Shown here in pieces: positions 35,841-55,369 of a stretch of 64,000 nucleotides of DNA. The stretch lies in NCBI RefSeq assembly GCF_009914755.1, contig NC_060941.1, one strand, 5' to 3'. Under the pieces are notes generated by a model. It had not been told where the DNA came from and did not search any database. It was given only the letters and a program-made list of their open reading frames with translations. A program made the translations under genes and the position numbers. Numbering within the stretch: the first letter of the stretch is position 1; each line of letters starts with the position of its first letter. The stretch is from the human T2T-CHM13v2.0 reference genome, Homo sapiens.

Positions 35841-37214
35841 CAGGTGGCAGGTGGAAGATGGAGATTCACGATTGCTTCTGGAAGACTCGCTGTGTGATTC
35901 CGCCCACCCCATGGCCATTCCCTCCTCCTGAGATGTTCAGAGCAGGATTCCTACCTAGTGCCCCGCCAAACATGGCCCACACCCCAAGTCACCCTGGACC
36001 ACACCCGCCCCTCCGTCATTTCCTACAGGCTTTTCCTGCAGATTGAGAGAGGAAACTGGGCAGGGAGCACACCACTGATGGGTGAAATGATGATCTCACA
36101 GGAAACCAGACAAGCTAGAGTTGTCACCACACCCTGGACTCAGAGAACTTGGGTACTTCACCGACGGCCACCTCCCATCGCCCTTTCATTCTTCATGGGC
36201 AGGGCCTTGCAAGCCTTGGTGATGGATTTTATTCCATGAGATGGGGCAGCTGTTGCAGGAACACGATTTGAGTTGTTTTTTGAAAGATTGCTCTGGCTAC
36301 TGTGCAGAGTGGCTTCTCAGGGTGCACACGGGGGAGATGTCGTAGGACAACTGGGTGTTGGATCTGGAGCTCAGGGAGAACAACCCTCAGAGGAGATGGC
36401 CCCTGGCTGAGCCTGGAGATACCACCATTCCAGAGAAGAGCAGAGGGCCAGGAGAAGGGGCGTGTGGCTGTGTGGTTGACATCTCGATGACATGTGCTGT
36501 GTGTGTCCCTCACAGACTTGGGATCTTTCTGGGAGGCAAACACAGGCCTTGGGGAATGTTCTGGGATGGGCGATGTCAGCCTCAGTGTGTTTGCTCAGCT
36601 GCTGGGCTCTCTTGGGACCATAGAGGACTGCAGCACCAATGGTGGAACTCCAGGCGTGGTGACAGGATGTGACCAGGTTCCCCCACCCAGGTCTGTGGTC
36701 AGCCTGGCTGTGCTGAATGGTGGAAGCAGGGGTGAGGCCCCGAGAGGTGTCTGGAGCCATCTGGCCGTGAGGTCAGCCACCCAGCCAGGCCTCTGGAAGC
36801 CATGGGCAGCCACTTCCCAGATGCGGCTTCCTGCCCTTTCCTCCACCAAAACCACACTCAGCTCATAGGCTGGCCTCAGGGGCAGTCCCTTTCCCACGGG
36901 GAGGGCCGCATGCAAATGCCACACTGAGCTGAGCCAAGGCAGGGGTCAATTCTGAAGGCCTGGATCCTCCATGTCCTATGGGCAGGTCAACCACAACAAA
37001 GCCCAGCCTGCCCATCAAGCCCCACTGCTTTCCACTGCTTTGGTGCCTTCGCCTCTCTGGGTGAACCCTGCTCACCCTGAGCCCCTGCATGTAAGGCACT
37101 TTTAGATGCAATCATCCCCTGCGATTTTCCTGATACAGGGAGAAGAAGGCAGGTGGCCCTGGCCACTGTGTGTGCTGAGGCAGAGCGAACAGGCAGCAGC
37201 ACTGGAGGGAGGGA

Positions 37215-37415
37215 GGAGTGTGTGTGTGGCTGTGCGTCCTGTGTGTGGATTTTTGTGTGCAAGTCCCGTGTGTGTACCTAGCATGTATGTCCCAGTAGCT
37301 TGTGTGTACCTGTGCCCTGGGTGTGTGCTTGTGCAAATCTCTGTGCGTGTTTGTGCAAATCTTTGTGAATGTAAACCTGTACCTAAGAGTGTTGTCTGTG
37401 TGTCAACGTGTGTGT
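37215..37415. repeat. Degenerate (TG)n low-complexity tract
   Basis: TG-rich run. Confidence 0.7.
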
Positions 37416-39306
37416 ATAGGCGCCTGGAACCAGTTATGATTTAGATCAACACCCCACTTTCAGCCTTGGCGAGATTCCTTCCTGCAGGACCGGGGAACAG
37501 ATCACTACTCCCATTTTGCAGAAGTGAGACTGAGGCTCAGAGAGGGCCGAGACTTGCCTAAGGTCACCAGCTGATGGGATTACAATTCAGTCCTTACCTC
37601 TATGGTGGCTTCTAAGGGTTCATGGGTGTTCTTGGTCCCAAACTCTCCTCCCCAACCTGTTCCATTGGTGCCTGCAATACCCCTGTTGGGAAGAGACAGT
37701 GTCCTTGGCAGATTCATCTGTTAAACTGGCCTCCCTTCATGAAACAGGGACAATCCATCCTTCCCAAGACTGTCCTAGCGGGTAGATGGCCCCTGGAGCA
37801 GGAGGGCCTGCCAAGGAAGGCAGGGAAGGGGAAGGGGTGGGGGTCCTGCAGAAAGACAACTGCCTGCCCTTCAGAGTGTGGGCTGTGGGAGAGGCTGCCA
37901 CAGACATGGGTGTGGGTTGTGGTTTGGCCACTTGGGCTTCCTCCTGGATGCCCCAGCCACACACTGGGTGACTGAACCGGATTACTTGTGGCTGCTGGCA
38001 CTAATCAGAGAGCTGTGTGTGTGTAAAGAAGGAAAACCTGGTGCAGGGAGTCCTACAAACAGAGGCCCCTCCCACAGTTGAGCCCATTTTGTCACCTGTA
38101 ACCAGGGACAATGATGCATCACCCGAGTCCCCCTCAGAGAAAGATGAAGGTAGAAACGCTTACACACTGAAGATGCTGCTGGAACACCGCAGGGACTGGG
38201 CGGAGCGGGGACAGCGTTAACAAGGGCGGCTGCTGCAGTGTGGGTGAAGGGCCAGACCTTGTGTCAGGTGCCCCTGCAGATATAATTCCTCGAGTCCACA
38301 AAACAATGCAACCAGGTGGATCTGAACATCCCCACTTCACAGATGAGGAACTCGAGGTCAGGGCTGTCAGTCTTGGCTACCTGCATGGCCTTGGGGCCCT
38401 GCATGGTCTCACCCCTGCCTAACTTTCTCGTCTCCATGTCTCTGTGACCCCCTCCCTCCTGCCACTTCCCTCTGGCCTTCTCGTGGCCCTGAGATGTGCC
38501 ACACTCTCACCCGCATCAGCTCTGTGTCCTTTGCCCCCACTGTCCCTCTGCTGCCGCATGCTCGTCTATTAGGTCCTGACTTACATGTCACTTCCAGGGC
38601 CCCTTCCCGACTTCCTGTGCTGGGCAAAGGGCCCATTCTTAGCTCCCCAGGGCCGGCCCCCCATCTCGGTGCCTGTCACAGATTTCCCTCATCAGAGAAA
38701 GCTGGGACTTGTGCTCATGGCTCTGACCCCAGCACACAGCACAGACAAGAAAGGATGCCCCGGCCTCCATGTGACGGAGCTGGATTCAAACCCAGGTGTT
38801 TCTGAAACCAAAGCGTGCCTTCGTAAAACTTAAGAGCATGGGATTGGAAGGGAGGCAGTAACATCAGCAGAGCGGCACCCTGCTCGGACAATTCACCTGC
38901 GCTCCTCAAAGTTTTTAACCACACCCACTCTTGCGGCAGAGGGGTGCGAACAGTCGGGCACATCTATTATTTCTGCTGACCCACGTCCATCCACCTTCCT
39001 GAAAACTCAGGTTTCCTGTGGGGAAATGGCCCTCATCCATACGTGGTCTGAGGAGTTTGGCTGAGCCGGACTCCCTGTGCCACTTCCAGAGGTGGACAGG
39101 TGATTCAGGTCTGGCCAATCAGCATACCCCTCCCCTCCCCCACGCTGAGCCTGTCCAATGGGAGGCTACCCTGGAACCCATGCTGGGACTGACAAAAAGG
39201 GATGCCCACTGCCGTGATGGATGTCCCTGAAATGAGGGTAAGGTTCTGGGGCTCAGGAAGGTCTCCAGGCTTGGATTAGAGATAATAATTACCATATCAC
39301 AGATGA

Positions 39307-39870
<564 letters not shown>

Positions 39871-40459
39871 CAATCCCACGTCTGTCTTTTAATCAAGGCA
39901 TGCTCTGCCTTCAAGTACACCCTCCATGATGTCTGCCAGAAATACCTTTCAGGAAGGCAGCTCTGAAGGGCATTTGTCTACTCAAAAATCCTAGGTAGAC
40001 ATTTACATTAGTTCAGGGGCTTTTGGTAACCTAAACCAGAAATCTTGAACTCAAATGCCCACTGTGGCCATGCAGGAAACGTGAGCCAAGTGAGTGGAGT
40101 ATCTGTATATAACACATGAGATTGTCTTTGTTCCCACAAAAAGATATACTTGGTCTTTCTTTTCCTGAAACACATGTCATCTCAGCCTCTTTTGTTTTCC
40201 TGCTTTTAATAAGATGTAGAAAACAGTTGTGAAAGCACAATGATAAGTAGCATCTGACCCTCGGCCTGTGCTGGGGAGGCTGTCAGGGAGTGGCAGGGAC
40301 TGTGGTGAATTAGAGAGCACATGTTCTTTCAATGGCGGGGTCACAGTTCGATGGCTACGTAGAAATGCTGATCTGATTTCCCAAAAGAAAGCAAAAATCA
40401 GGATTCTTATGGCAAATCTCCCCATTTTTGACAGGCAAATAATTCCAAGCTTTTAAAAA

Positions 40460-43420
<2,961 letters not shown>

Positions 43421-43739
43421 AGTTGTTTAAAAGTGAGGGACCCCTCCAGTTATTGATATGGAATGATCTTCAGGAAAAGAGCATAATATGCTACATTTTT
43501 GTACACCAAAGGGGAGGTAGGTACGAATATGCATACATATTGCTTTTTTCTAGAAGCCGCCTAGGAGTGAAACCAAAATTCTTCACTTCTTTTCGGCCCT
43601 ACCTCGAGCTCCCTTTAGAAAACCTTTCCTTCCAGCTCACAGTATCCACCATGTCCACCTTCGCCTCCCGGCACTGAGCCTTAGAGGGGCGGTGCTCCAT
43701 AAACATTTGCTACATGAATGAACGAATCAACTATCGGAT

Positions 43740-45334
<1,595 letters not shown>

Positions 45335-45659
45335 TGAAACTCCGGCCTGGTGGTTTTGCCATCCTGCCTGCCTACTTCCTCCTTAGGAAAATGATAGTCC
45401 CAGTTAGACCAGAATGGAGAGCCAGTCCTTCGTGTCTAAGAGAGAAATGTGTTCTGGAGCCAGACACTGGCATAAGGAACTGGTGGTGGGATGGGTGAGG
45501 TCTGAGATGGAGAGGGTGTAGGCATAAGAGGCTGAGCTACACCACTGGGCATCCGTGCAACCTCCAACAAGTTACTAAGCCATATTTCCTTCTCTTTAAC
45601 GTTGACCTATTGGGACCTGCCCCGCAGGGGAGTTGTGAAGGTAACATTTAATAATGTAG

Positions 45660-45983
<324 letters not shown>

Positions 45984-46484
45984 TAAGAAGCGGGATGGGA
46001 GAGGGAGCCAGACTTGGGACTTTTCTGAAGGCTGCAACCATGTTGCCGAAGTTCTGGAAAGGCAGCTGAATCTAATCTGAAGCAGGCTGGGAAAATTCCC
46101 GCAGTTCTAGGACCAGTTCTTTAGAGTTTTGCCAGGGACAACTGTTATTCCTCAAGAAGTGTACAGATGATTTTACAGTTTTATAGAATCTTAGTATATA
46201 GGATGTCAAATGTAGGACATTCCTACTATGACCACACCCTCCTATTCCCATAGCAGACTTCACTAATCAATCACAGAACACTTTCCTACAGACAGTGGAC
46301 AAGCCTGGTCAATTTTCATCATAGTTCTTCAAGCTGCCACTACCAAACAATGGAGATAGCCCCAAAAGGAAACCTATTGGCCAGCCCTGGTGTAGTCCAA
46401 CCCCATCTTTTATCTGATGGGGAAACTAGGTCTGGAGACAAAAGTGATTTAACCAAGTTCATGGAAAAGTCGTAGAGAATCTAA

Positions 46485-48501
<2,017 letters not shown>

Positions 48502-48847
48502 GTGAGAGGGAGGCCCAGGCCATGGGGACACCTGGGTCTGGGCCAAAGGAAAATGGGTTCAGGAAGCGGTCAGTGTTCCACAAAAACTGAGCAGCAGATG
48601 GGGCTTTATCTCTGAACGTGTCCTCTTGCTCACAGAAGGAGCATAATGGCAATGAAGAGGTTGTTAGGAGACAAGTTAAATATGGCCTGCAAAGTGCCTA
48701 GCCCAGAGATGGGGCCAGCCAGCACTCACTGACTGCCGAGACTGGTGTTAGCACTCCCAGATATCCAGGCGGAGTAGTCAGCAGCATTGGGACAGGGTGG
48801 CCTACAGACCTCAGTCTGTCTGCATTGTAACCTGTCATTCCCTGCAG

Positions 48848-48981
48848 GTGGAGGACCCCCTGCCCCCTGTGTTCTCAGGCACACCAAAGGGCAGTGGGGC
48901 TGGCTACGGTGTTGGCTTTGACCTGGAGGAATTCTTAAACCAGTCTTTCGACATGGGCGTGGCTGATGGGCCACAGGATGG
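48848..48981 (+). CDS. MAPK7: MAPK7 coding exon 5
   Basis: cag|GTG GAG GAC; VFSGTPKGSGAGYGVGFDLEEFL; GG|gtaag. Confidence 0.97.
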
Positions 48982-49112
48982 GTAAGGTGGCTGGACTGAG
49001 CTCCTAGACTGGGACTGTGGGGAGAGGTTCCTGGTGCAGGAGACATGCACCTGTGGGATGGGTGAGGGTCCAGCCTAGGCTAATAGCACCCCTCCCTTTC
49101 CTTCCCCTGCAG

Positions 49113-49266
49113 CCAGGCAGATTCAGCCTCTCTCTCAGCCTCCCTGCTTGCTGACTGGCTCGAAGGCCATGGCATGAACCCTGCCGATATTGAGTCCCTG
49201 CAGCGTGAGATCCAGATGGACTCCCCAATGCTGCTGGCTGACCTGCCTGACCTCCAGGACCCCTGA
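49113..49266 (+). CDS. MAPK7: MAPK7 last coding exon
   Basis: QADSASLSASLLADWLEGH...PDLQDP, TGA 49264-49266; total 2451 nt = 816 aa plus stop. Confidence 0.97.
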
Positions 49267-49580
49267 GGCCCCCAGCCTGTGCCTTGCTGCCACAGTAGAC
49301 CTAGTTCCAGGATCCATGGGAGCATTCTCAAAGGCTTTAGCCCTGGACCCAGCAGGTGAGGCTCGGCTTGGATTATTCTGCAGGTTCATCTCAGACCCAC
49401 CTTTCAGCCTTAAGCAGCCACCTGAGCCACCACCGAGCCATGGCAGGATCGGGAGACCCCAACTCCCCCTGAACAATCCTTTTCAGTATTATATTTTTAT
49501 TATTATTATGTTATTATTACACTGTCTTTTTGCCATCAAAATGAGGCCTGTGAAATACAAGGTTCCCTTCTGCACCTGAC
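49267..49580 (+). other. MAPK7: MAPK7 3'UTR with miR-143 and miR-200b/c/429 8mer sites
   Basis: TCATCTCA 49386-49393; CAGTATTA 49484-49491; AU-rich tract 49486-49520; variant poly(A) signal AATACA 49554-49559. Confidence 0.75.
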
Positions 49581-49717
49581 TCCAGGTGTAATTTTTGGAG
49601 TTCGGGGTAGGACACCATCAGCAGGGGAGCAAGGAGGAGCCAGGTGCCTACATTTGGGGGATAAACAAATATGTTTGTGTGTATGAAGCCAGTTCATTCA
49701 GGTTCTGAAGGTTTATT
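49496..49717 (-). terminator. MFAP4: MFAP4 poly(A) signals (AATAAA at 49712-49717 and 49496-49501)
   Basis: Two TTTATT hexamers on + downstream of the MFAP4 stop. Confidence 0.7.
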
Positions 49718-50496
49718 GAGACCTTCAGTCCCTACCCACTCCCAGCCCTGCAGAGATTGTCCTCTGCTCCCTCATGTGGCTAAACCTCTCAACACCCAGA
49801 GGGTATGGGGAAGACCTCATATGCATGCCTACCTTGGCTGTGGCTGTTTCAGGGTGGTGTGCGGTAGCTGTGTTCTTGGCATAGAGCTTCAGGGGCTGGG
49901 ATGGGCCATCAGGGGAAGCTGAGTATGATAGTGAGGTGGGCTGGGGTTCCACGGTACTCACCACAGGGGAGTAAGTTGGTGGGAGGGATGCTGAAGATGG
50001 GACATGGTTTGAGAGCAGCCCAGAGGAGTGCTGGGCTGTGGCCTAGAATACACCATGGGCCCTGTTCACACTGCACTGCTCAGCTTAGCACACTAGGGTG
50101 GCCCAGACAGGGGTCCACAGTGAGGAAGCAGGACAAGATGGACCACAAAGGCCTGCAGCTGGGAGAGTGGCTCCTGGCTGTCAGCTGTTGGGACAGGGTG
50201 GAGGCAACTCATTCTCATGGAGCCCAGCCAGGTCCAGGCTAGAACCATGTGCCTCTCGGAAGAGGCCTGGGGAACTGCTGGCAGTGTAACTTCAGGTGTA
50301 GGGGAGCCGGGTCTGGCTTAGGAATGGATGCCCTGGGTGTGTGACAGGGATGTGGCATGGCTGAGAGCCACAAGGCCCCCTTGTAAGGAGTTGGTGCTCG
50401 GGAATCAGCAGAAGCATGCATCAGGGGCAGCAGAGGGAGCACTCATGGAGACCATGGGTGTCCAGGGGAGGAAAGGTGCCTGAGGGGGCCAGCCCT

Positions 50497-50744
50497 TCAG
50501 GCCCGGCGGATTTTCATCTCAGTGCGTTTGAGGGAGTAGTAGAAGCCCTTCCACTGGGCCCAGTTGATGCCATTGGCATAAGAGAGGTGGGAGCCACCTA
50601 GGTAGAAGCCATTGAGGTTGGCAAAGTGGCAGCTGCGGAACCAGAAGGCTCCTGAGGAGAGAGCTGCGCAGTTCTGCACAAAGAGGTCCTGGTCCCGGTC
50701 GAAGGTAGAGAACTTCTGGCCACTGTGGTAGGACAGGGAGTCAC
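50497..50744 (-). CDS. MFAP4: MFAP4 exon 6 (fibrinogen C-terminal domain)
   Basis: cag|GT GAC; DSLSYHSGQKFSTFDRDQD...CHFANLNG...SLKRTEMKIRRA*. Confidence 0.97.
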
Positions 50745-51133
50745 CTGGCAGAGGAGAGAAGGGTTGGGGCTGCTGAGGCAGGGAACTGAGCCCCGAGCTG
50801 GCCGGGAGAGGGTGACAATGACGACTGTGAGAGATATCACGTGGCAGCCTGGCGGGATGGGGGCACCCTCCCTGAGCCAGATGTTGGGTTGATGTGCTTC
50901 TGCAATGAAGAGAAACAGCTGCTCCACCACAGAGTTGCCTGGAGCAGGGCCAGGATGGCTGCTCCCCAGGGCTGAGGCCCAAGCTGGTTTGAGCTGGTTT
51001 GGAGCCAGCTGTGGCCCTTCCAGATCCAGAAGGGTTGAAGGAGGGGCCTGAAGGAGGTTGGGGCTGACTGGGCAGGGCCAGCCCTGCCTTCTTTCCCCTC
51101 ACAGCCCCTCCCAAAGCTAACAGCGGGTTATAC

Positions 51134-51316
51134 CTGCCCCGCCATCCTCAAAGCCTGCCACAAAGAGGGTGTAGCCATCCTCCTCTGCGCTGACCGCGTT
51201 CGGGGAGATGGAGAAGTCAGCGTACTTGGCATAGGCCGTGTTGTTCTCAAAGTCCTCCAAGTCCACTCGCAGCTCATACTTCTGCTTCAGTGTCAGGAGG
51301 TGCATGTTCTGCAGCC
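51134..51316 (-). CDS. MFAP4: MFAP4 exon 5
   Basis: cag|GG CTG; LQNMHLLTLKQKYELRVDLEDFE...FEDGGA G|gtat. Confidence 0.97.
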
Positions 51317-51392
51317 CTGGGGAGGAGGGGCAGCTGGTCAACAAGGACCTGGCCCTGGGGCAGCCCCTCAGCCCACCTGGTCCCTGCCTTAC

Positions 51393-51489
51393 CCAGCCAG
51401 TACTCTCCATCAGCACGGCCGAAGCCCAGCTTGTAGTCATTCCAGCCGCGGAAGAAACTTACTGAGCCATTGAATCTCTTCTGGAAAAC
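51393..51489 (-). CDS. MFAP4: MFAP4 exon 4
   Basis: VFQKRFNGSVSFFRGWNDYKLGFGRADGEYWL G|gtaag. Confidence 0.97.
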
Positions 51490-51867
51490 CTGGAGCAGAG
51501 AAGATGAGACTGGATCATCAAGGGTCCAATGGGCAAGGTTCTGGTCCTGCCCTGCCCACCTCAAGCATGGACCCTGTGATGCTGTGGCCAGTTTGTTAAA
51601 GGACTGGGTTGGGGGTGGGGAGGGTGGTGGGAGTGGGGTTGCTAAAACAACGTCCACATTGGCACCAGGCCCCCTGTGGAGCAGTTGCCAGCACCCACCT
51701 GGGCTCTTCATACCCAGTTTCGTATAGAGGCAGGAAAGAGGCTAAGAGGGAGGCGTTCTAGAGTTCGAGTGCCTAGCTGTGGGATCTGGGCAAGTTACTT
51801 CACCTCTCTGGGCTTTAGTTCCTCACTACTTCCCAGGATTATTGTGAGGCTTATGTGCATTAACCTA

Positions 51868-52188
<321 letters not shown>

Positions 52189-52344
52189 TTAGAATTAAGC
52201 GTTGGCAGCTGCTCAGAAGCTGTGCTGTGGGTATCATTATCCCCATTTTAAAGATGAAGAAACTGAGGTTCGCATATGTGAAGCCCAGGGTCACAGGGCT
52301 GGGATTAGAACCAGCTCTGGCCTCTGTTCCCTCCTCCCACTCAC

Positions 52345-52499
52345 CGTCCACTTCCCGCCCTCGGTGGTCATGTCACAGAAGACGGGCACAGGCACACTGG
52401 GGCCCGAGGGGTAGATGAGGTACACGCCGTCTGACTGGTAGCCCTGGGCATAGATGTCGTCACAGTCCAGGGGTTGCTGAAGGCAAAACCTCTCCAGAG
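52345..52499 (-). CDS. MFAP4: MFAP4 exon 3
   Basis: (A)LERFCLQQPLDCDDIYAQG...VFCDMTTEGGKWT|gtgag. Confidence 0.97.
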
Positions 52500-52794
52500 C
52501 TGGGGGTAGGGACATGGGGACAGTGAGGAGAGTGGGACTATGGCATCACTGACACCTCAGCACCCCAAGGTTTGCCTCAGTCCCTGGGGCTGGGGGACTT
52601 TGACACAAGGAGTCATGGAAGATTTCTTCAAGGGAGATGAGCAATGCTTATGTCATCCATCTGCCCCATTTTGTAAAGGAGGAACCTGAGTCCTGCAGAG
52701 CTGGGGCTCGGCCCTGACAGTCTGTTCTGACAGTCCAGCCTCTTCTTGCACAACCTGTGGGCCAGGCCGCGTCTGTGAGTGTGGGGCTGCTTAC

Positions 52795-52873
52795 CATCTC
52801 CTCGGATCCCGGAGACCTGGGGGGCACACGGGGGCGTGGAGAGAAGCAGCAGCAGCGGCAGGGCCAGGAGTGC
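52795..52873 (-). CDS. MFAP4: MFAP4 exon 2 (signal peptide, RGD)
   Basis: ALLALPLLLLLSTPPCAPQVSGIRGD G|gtaag. Confidence 0.97.
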
Positions 52874-53075
52874 CTGGCGATGGGCAGACAGGGTCAGCAC
52901 AGCCCCTTCCCAGCTCCAGAGATCCCCTGTTCTCTTTGCATTTGCCCCCACCATGCATGCACATACTGCCCTTGCCTGAATCCCTCTCCTGCTATTTGGC
53001 CCCTCTTCCCTGCCCCCCCACCCCGCCCGCCAAGTAACCCCACTCTCTGGGACGCTGTGTACCCTCATAGCTTAC

Positions 53076-53153
53076 GAGTTTCAAGAGAACTCCTTGTGCC
53101 TTCATAGTGCCCTCTGTGGCCAGGGGCCTCTGGAGTGGGCTCAGTTCCCCCAT
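53076..53153 (-). CDS. MFAP4: MFAP4 alternative first coding segment (279-aa isoform)
   Basis: ATG GGG...MGELSPLQRPLATEGTMKAQGVLLKL|gtaag, phase 0 into exon 2. Confidence 0.75.
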
Positions 53154-53184
53154 GCTATGAGTCCCCCGACCCTGGGCCCCGTAC

Positions 53185-53190
53185 CTTCAT
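53185..53190 (-). CDS. MFAP4: MFAP4 exon 1 CDS (MK)
   Basis: ACAGC ATG AAG|gtacgg; six exons total 768 nt = 255 aa plus stop. Confidence 0.93.
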
Positions 53191-54519
53191 GCTGTCAGTT
53201 CTGCTCAGAGTGGCTGGGTGTCTGCGGCCCCAGACTGCAACCGCCCAGAGTTATGCGCTGGGCCCCCGCCAGCCGCCCCAGCCCCGCCCCCCTTCCCGTA
53301 GCTGCAGAACCCCCCTCTCCCCACCCCAGACAACCAGCATCAGTTTACACTATCAGGGGGCTGGGAGGTGGGGCTGGAGCCAGGGGACCACCTGTGTCTC
53401 ATTAGTCCTGTCGGGCAAAGTACTGCAGACGTTAACTCCCTGCTGGCTCCAACTGTTCCCTGGATCCCACTCCATCCGCTATCCGCCATCTGCCACCCAC
53501 CCTGCTAGACCTGTGGGCCCCCTGGCACCCCCAGGCAGCCCCAGCCCGCCGCAGCCTGCCCCCTACTTCCTGATGGGCCCCCCTGCAGATGTCTGTTTAT
53601 TCTTTCCCCTCCTTCCCTGGCCTGTGTTTCATCAGCCATTGAGGGGGAGGGCTGAGGGAGAGTGGGGGTGTCATATGCCTGGCTTCTGGGGACGGGAGGC
53701 CTGCTCTGGGGGAGCAGAAGGCTGAGGGGACAGTTTCAGAGCTCCTGATGTGGGAGCCTGGCTGGGGCTGGTGGGGGGACAGAGGCAGCAGTTTCTTGGC
53801 AGGCCTGGGACATTTCTGAGCCATGAGCACAAGGCTGCTGGCGTCCAACTGCTCTGTCTGCCCCAGCTCAGGCCAGGGCCCCTCTCCAGTCCCCCTCCCC
53901 AGCCCCCCTCACTCTGGCCACCTCAGGCCCACTCTTTTCCCCTCCCACAGTTCCCTGGCCCATCTGGCTCACATGCAATAGGTATGGGACCTCTTTTGTT
54001 TCTCCTCACTCCACCCCTCCTTTCTTCTTCCAAACCCTTCACTTTGGCTCCCACACCTCCCAGATTCATCTGAATCTCCCTACTTCTGGGCTCTCTCCTC
54101 CTATCCTTGGCACACTACCAGGAGAGTTGTTCTAGATGGCCTCTCAGATTATGTCACCCTGCTTAAAGCCTCATGGCTCCCTATTGCCTCAGGGCTGAGG
54201 CTAGGTTTCTCACCTTGGACATGAAAGGAATTTCAAGTCTGTCTCTGGCCTACCTTGAGGACCTTGTCCCTTATTGCTGTGACTCATAAACTACAGTGCA
54301 GCCACTCCAGACTTTTCACCATGGAGGTCCCCACTCTTTTGTGCTGCTCCTTGTGGTGCCCGCTCATCTGCCTCCTTTTGTTGGCCATAAGGGCCAGTGA
54401 GCAGGGTGTGTGTCTCATTTCTGCATGCTCAGTGCCCATCACAGAGCCTGGCACAGAGTAGGCTTGATATGTACATGCACAGTCACTTACGTATTTATAT
54501 CTATATGTAGATAAGATAC

Positions 54520-54785
54520 TAGAGTCAGGGCCTTGCCCTGTTGCCCAAGTGCAATCATAGCTCACTGCAGCCTCAAGCTCCTGGGCTCAAGTGATCCTCC
54601 CACCTCAGCCTCCTAAGGAGCTAGGACTACAGGTGTGCCACCACACCCAGCTAATTTTTTAATTTTTTTGTAGAGATGGGGGGGGTCTCCCTATGTTGCC
54701 CAGGCTGGTCTTGAACTGGCCTCAAATGTTCTTCCCACCTTAGTCTCCCAAGAAGCTGGGACTACAGGGCCAGCACACCTGGCTC
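54520..54785 (-). mobile_element. AluJ
   Basis: Diverged antisense Alu. Confidence 0.85.
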
Positions 54786-55369
54786 ACAGGTATCTTTTGA
54801 GCGCTGTGTGCTATAGGCTATGCTGGCTGCTGAGGATACAGTATCTGCCCCACAAGGAGTGGCAAGCACAGGTTTTGGACAGTGAATTGCAAATGTAAGG
54901 TGTATTACAAAAGGACATTTGTGTTGAATGGATGAACAGATGAAATATTCAAAGGCAAAGTGATGAGGCAGCTCTGGCTTAGGTCCCATCTCTCCACTCC
55001 TGAGTCAATAGATAAGCCCCTTGGCAAAGCCCCAGTTGGCCTCCCTGACTTGGTTCTGTGATTGCCTCTATTCATAGTTGTGTCTTGTGTCAGGCTACCT
55101 CAGTTCAAATCTAGATTCTGTTGCCTGTTAGCTGGGTGACCTTGCAAAAATTACCTAGTCTCTCTGTGCCTTGGTTTCCTCCTCTGTAAAATGAGGATAG
55201 TCATAGTATCTACTTCATAGGGGTGTGGTAAGGATTAAGTAATACATATCAAGTTCCTAAAACAGTGCCTACAAATGGCAGCTATTTAGTAAATATTAGC
55301 TATCGTCATCGTCATCATAAACATCATGATTCTCATATGAATGGGTTGTCTTCAACACAGCTTGTATGC

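Noticed and set aside
50745-51133. Open frame through most of MFAP4 intron 5
   Set aside because: Retention from exon 5 stops at 51117 (GITRC*), and the intron length (389 nt) is not a multiple of 3.
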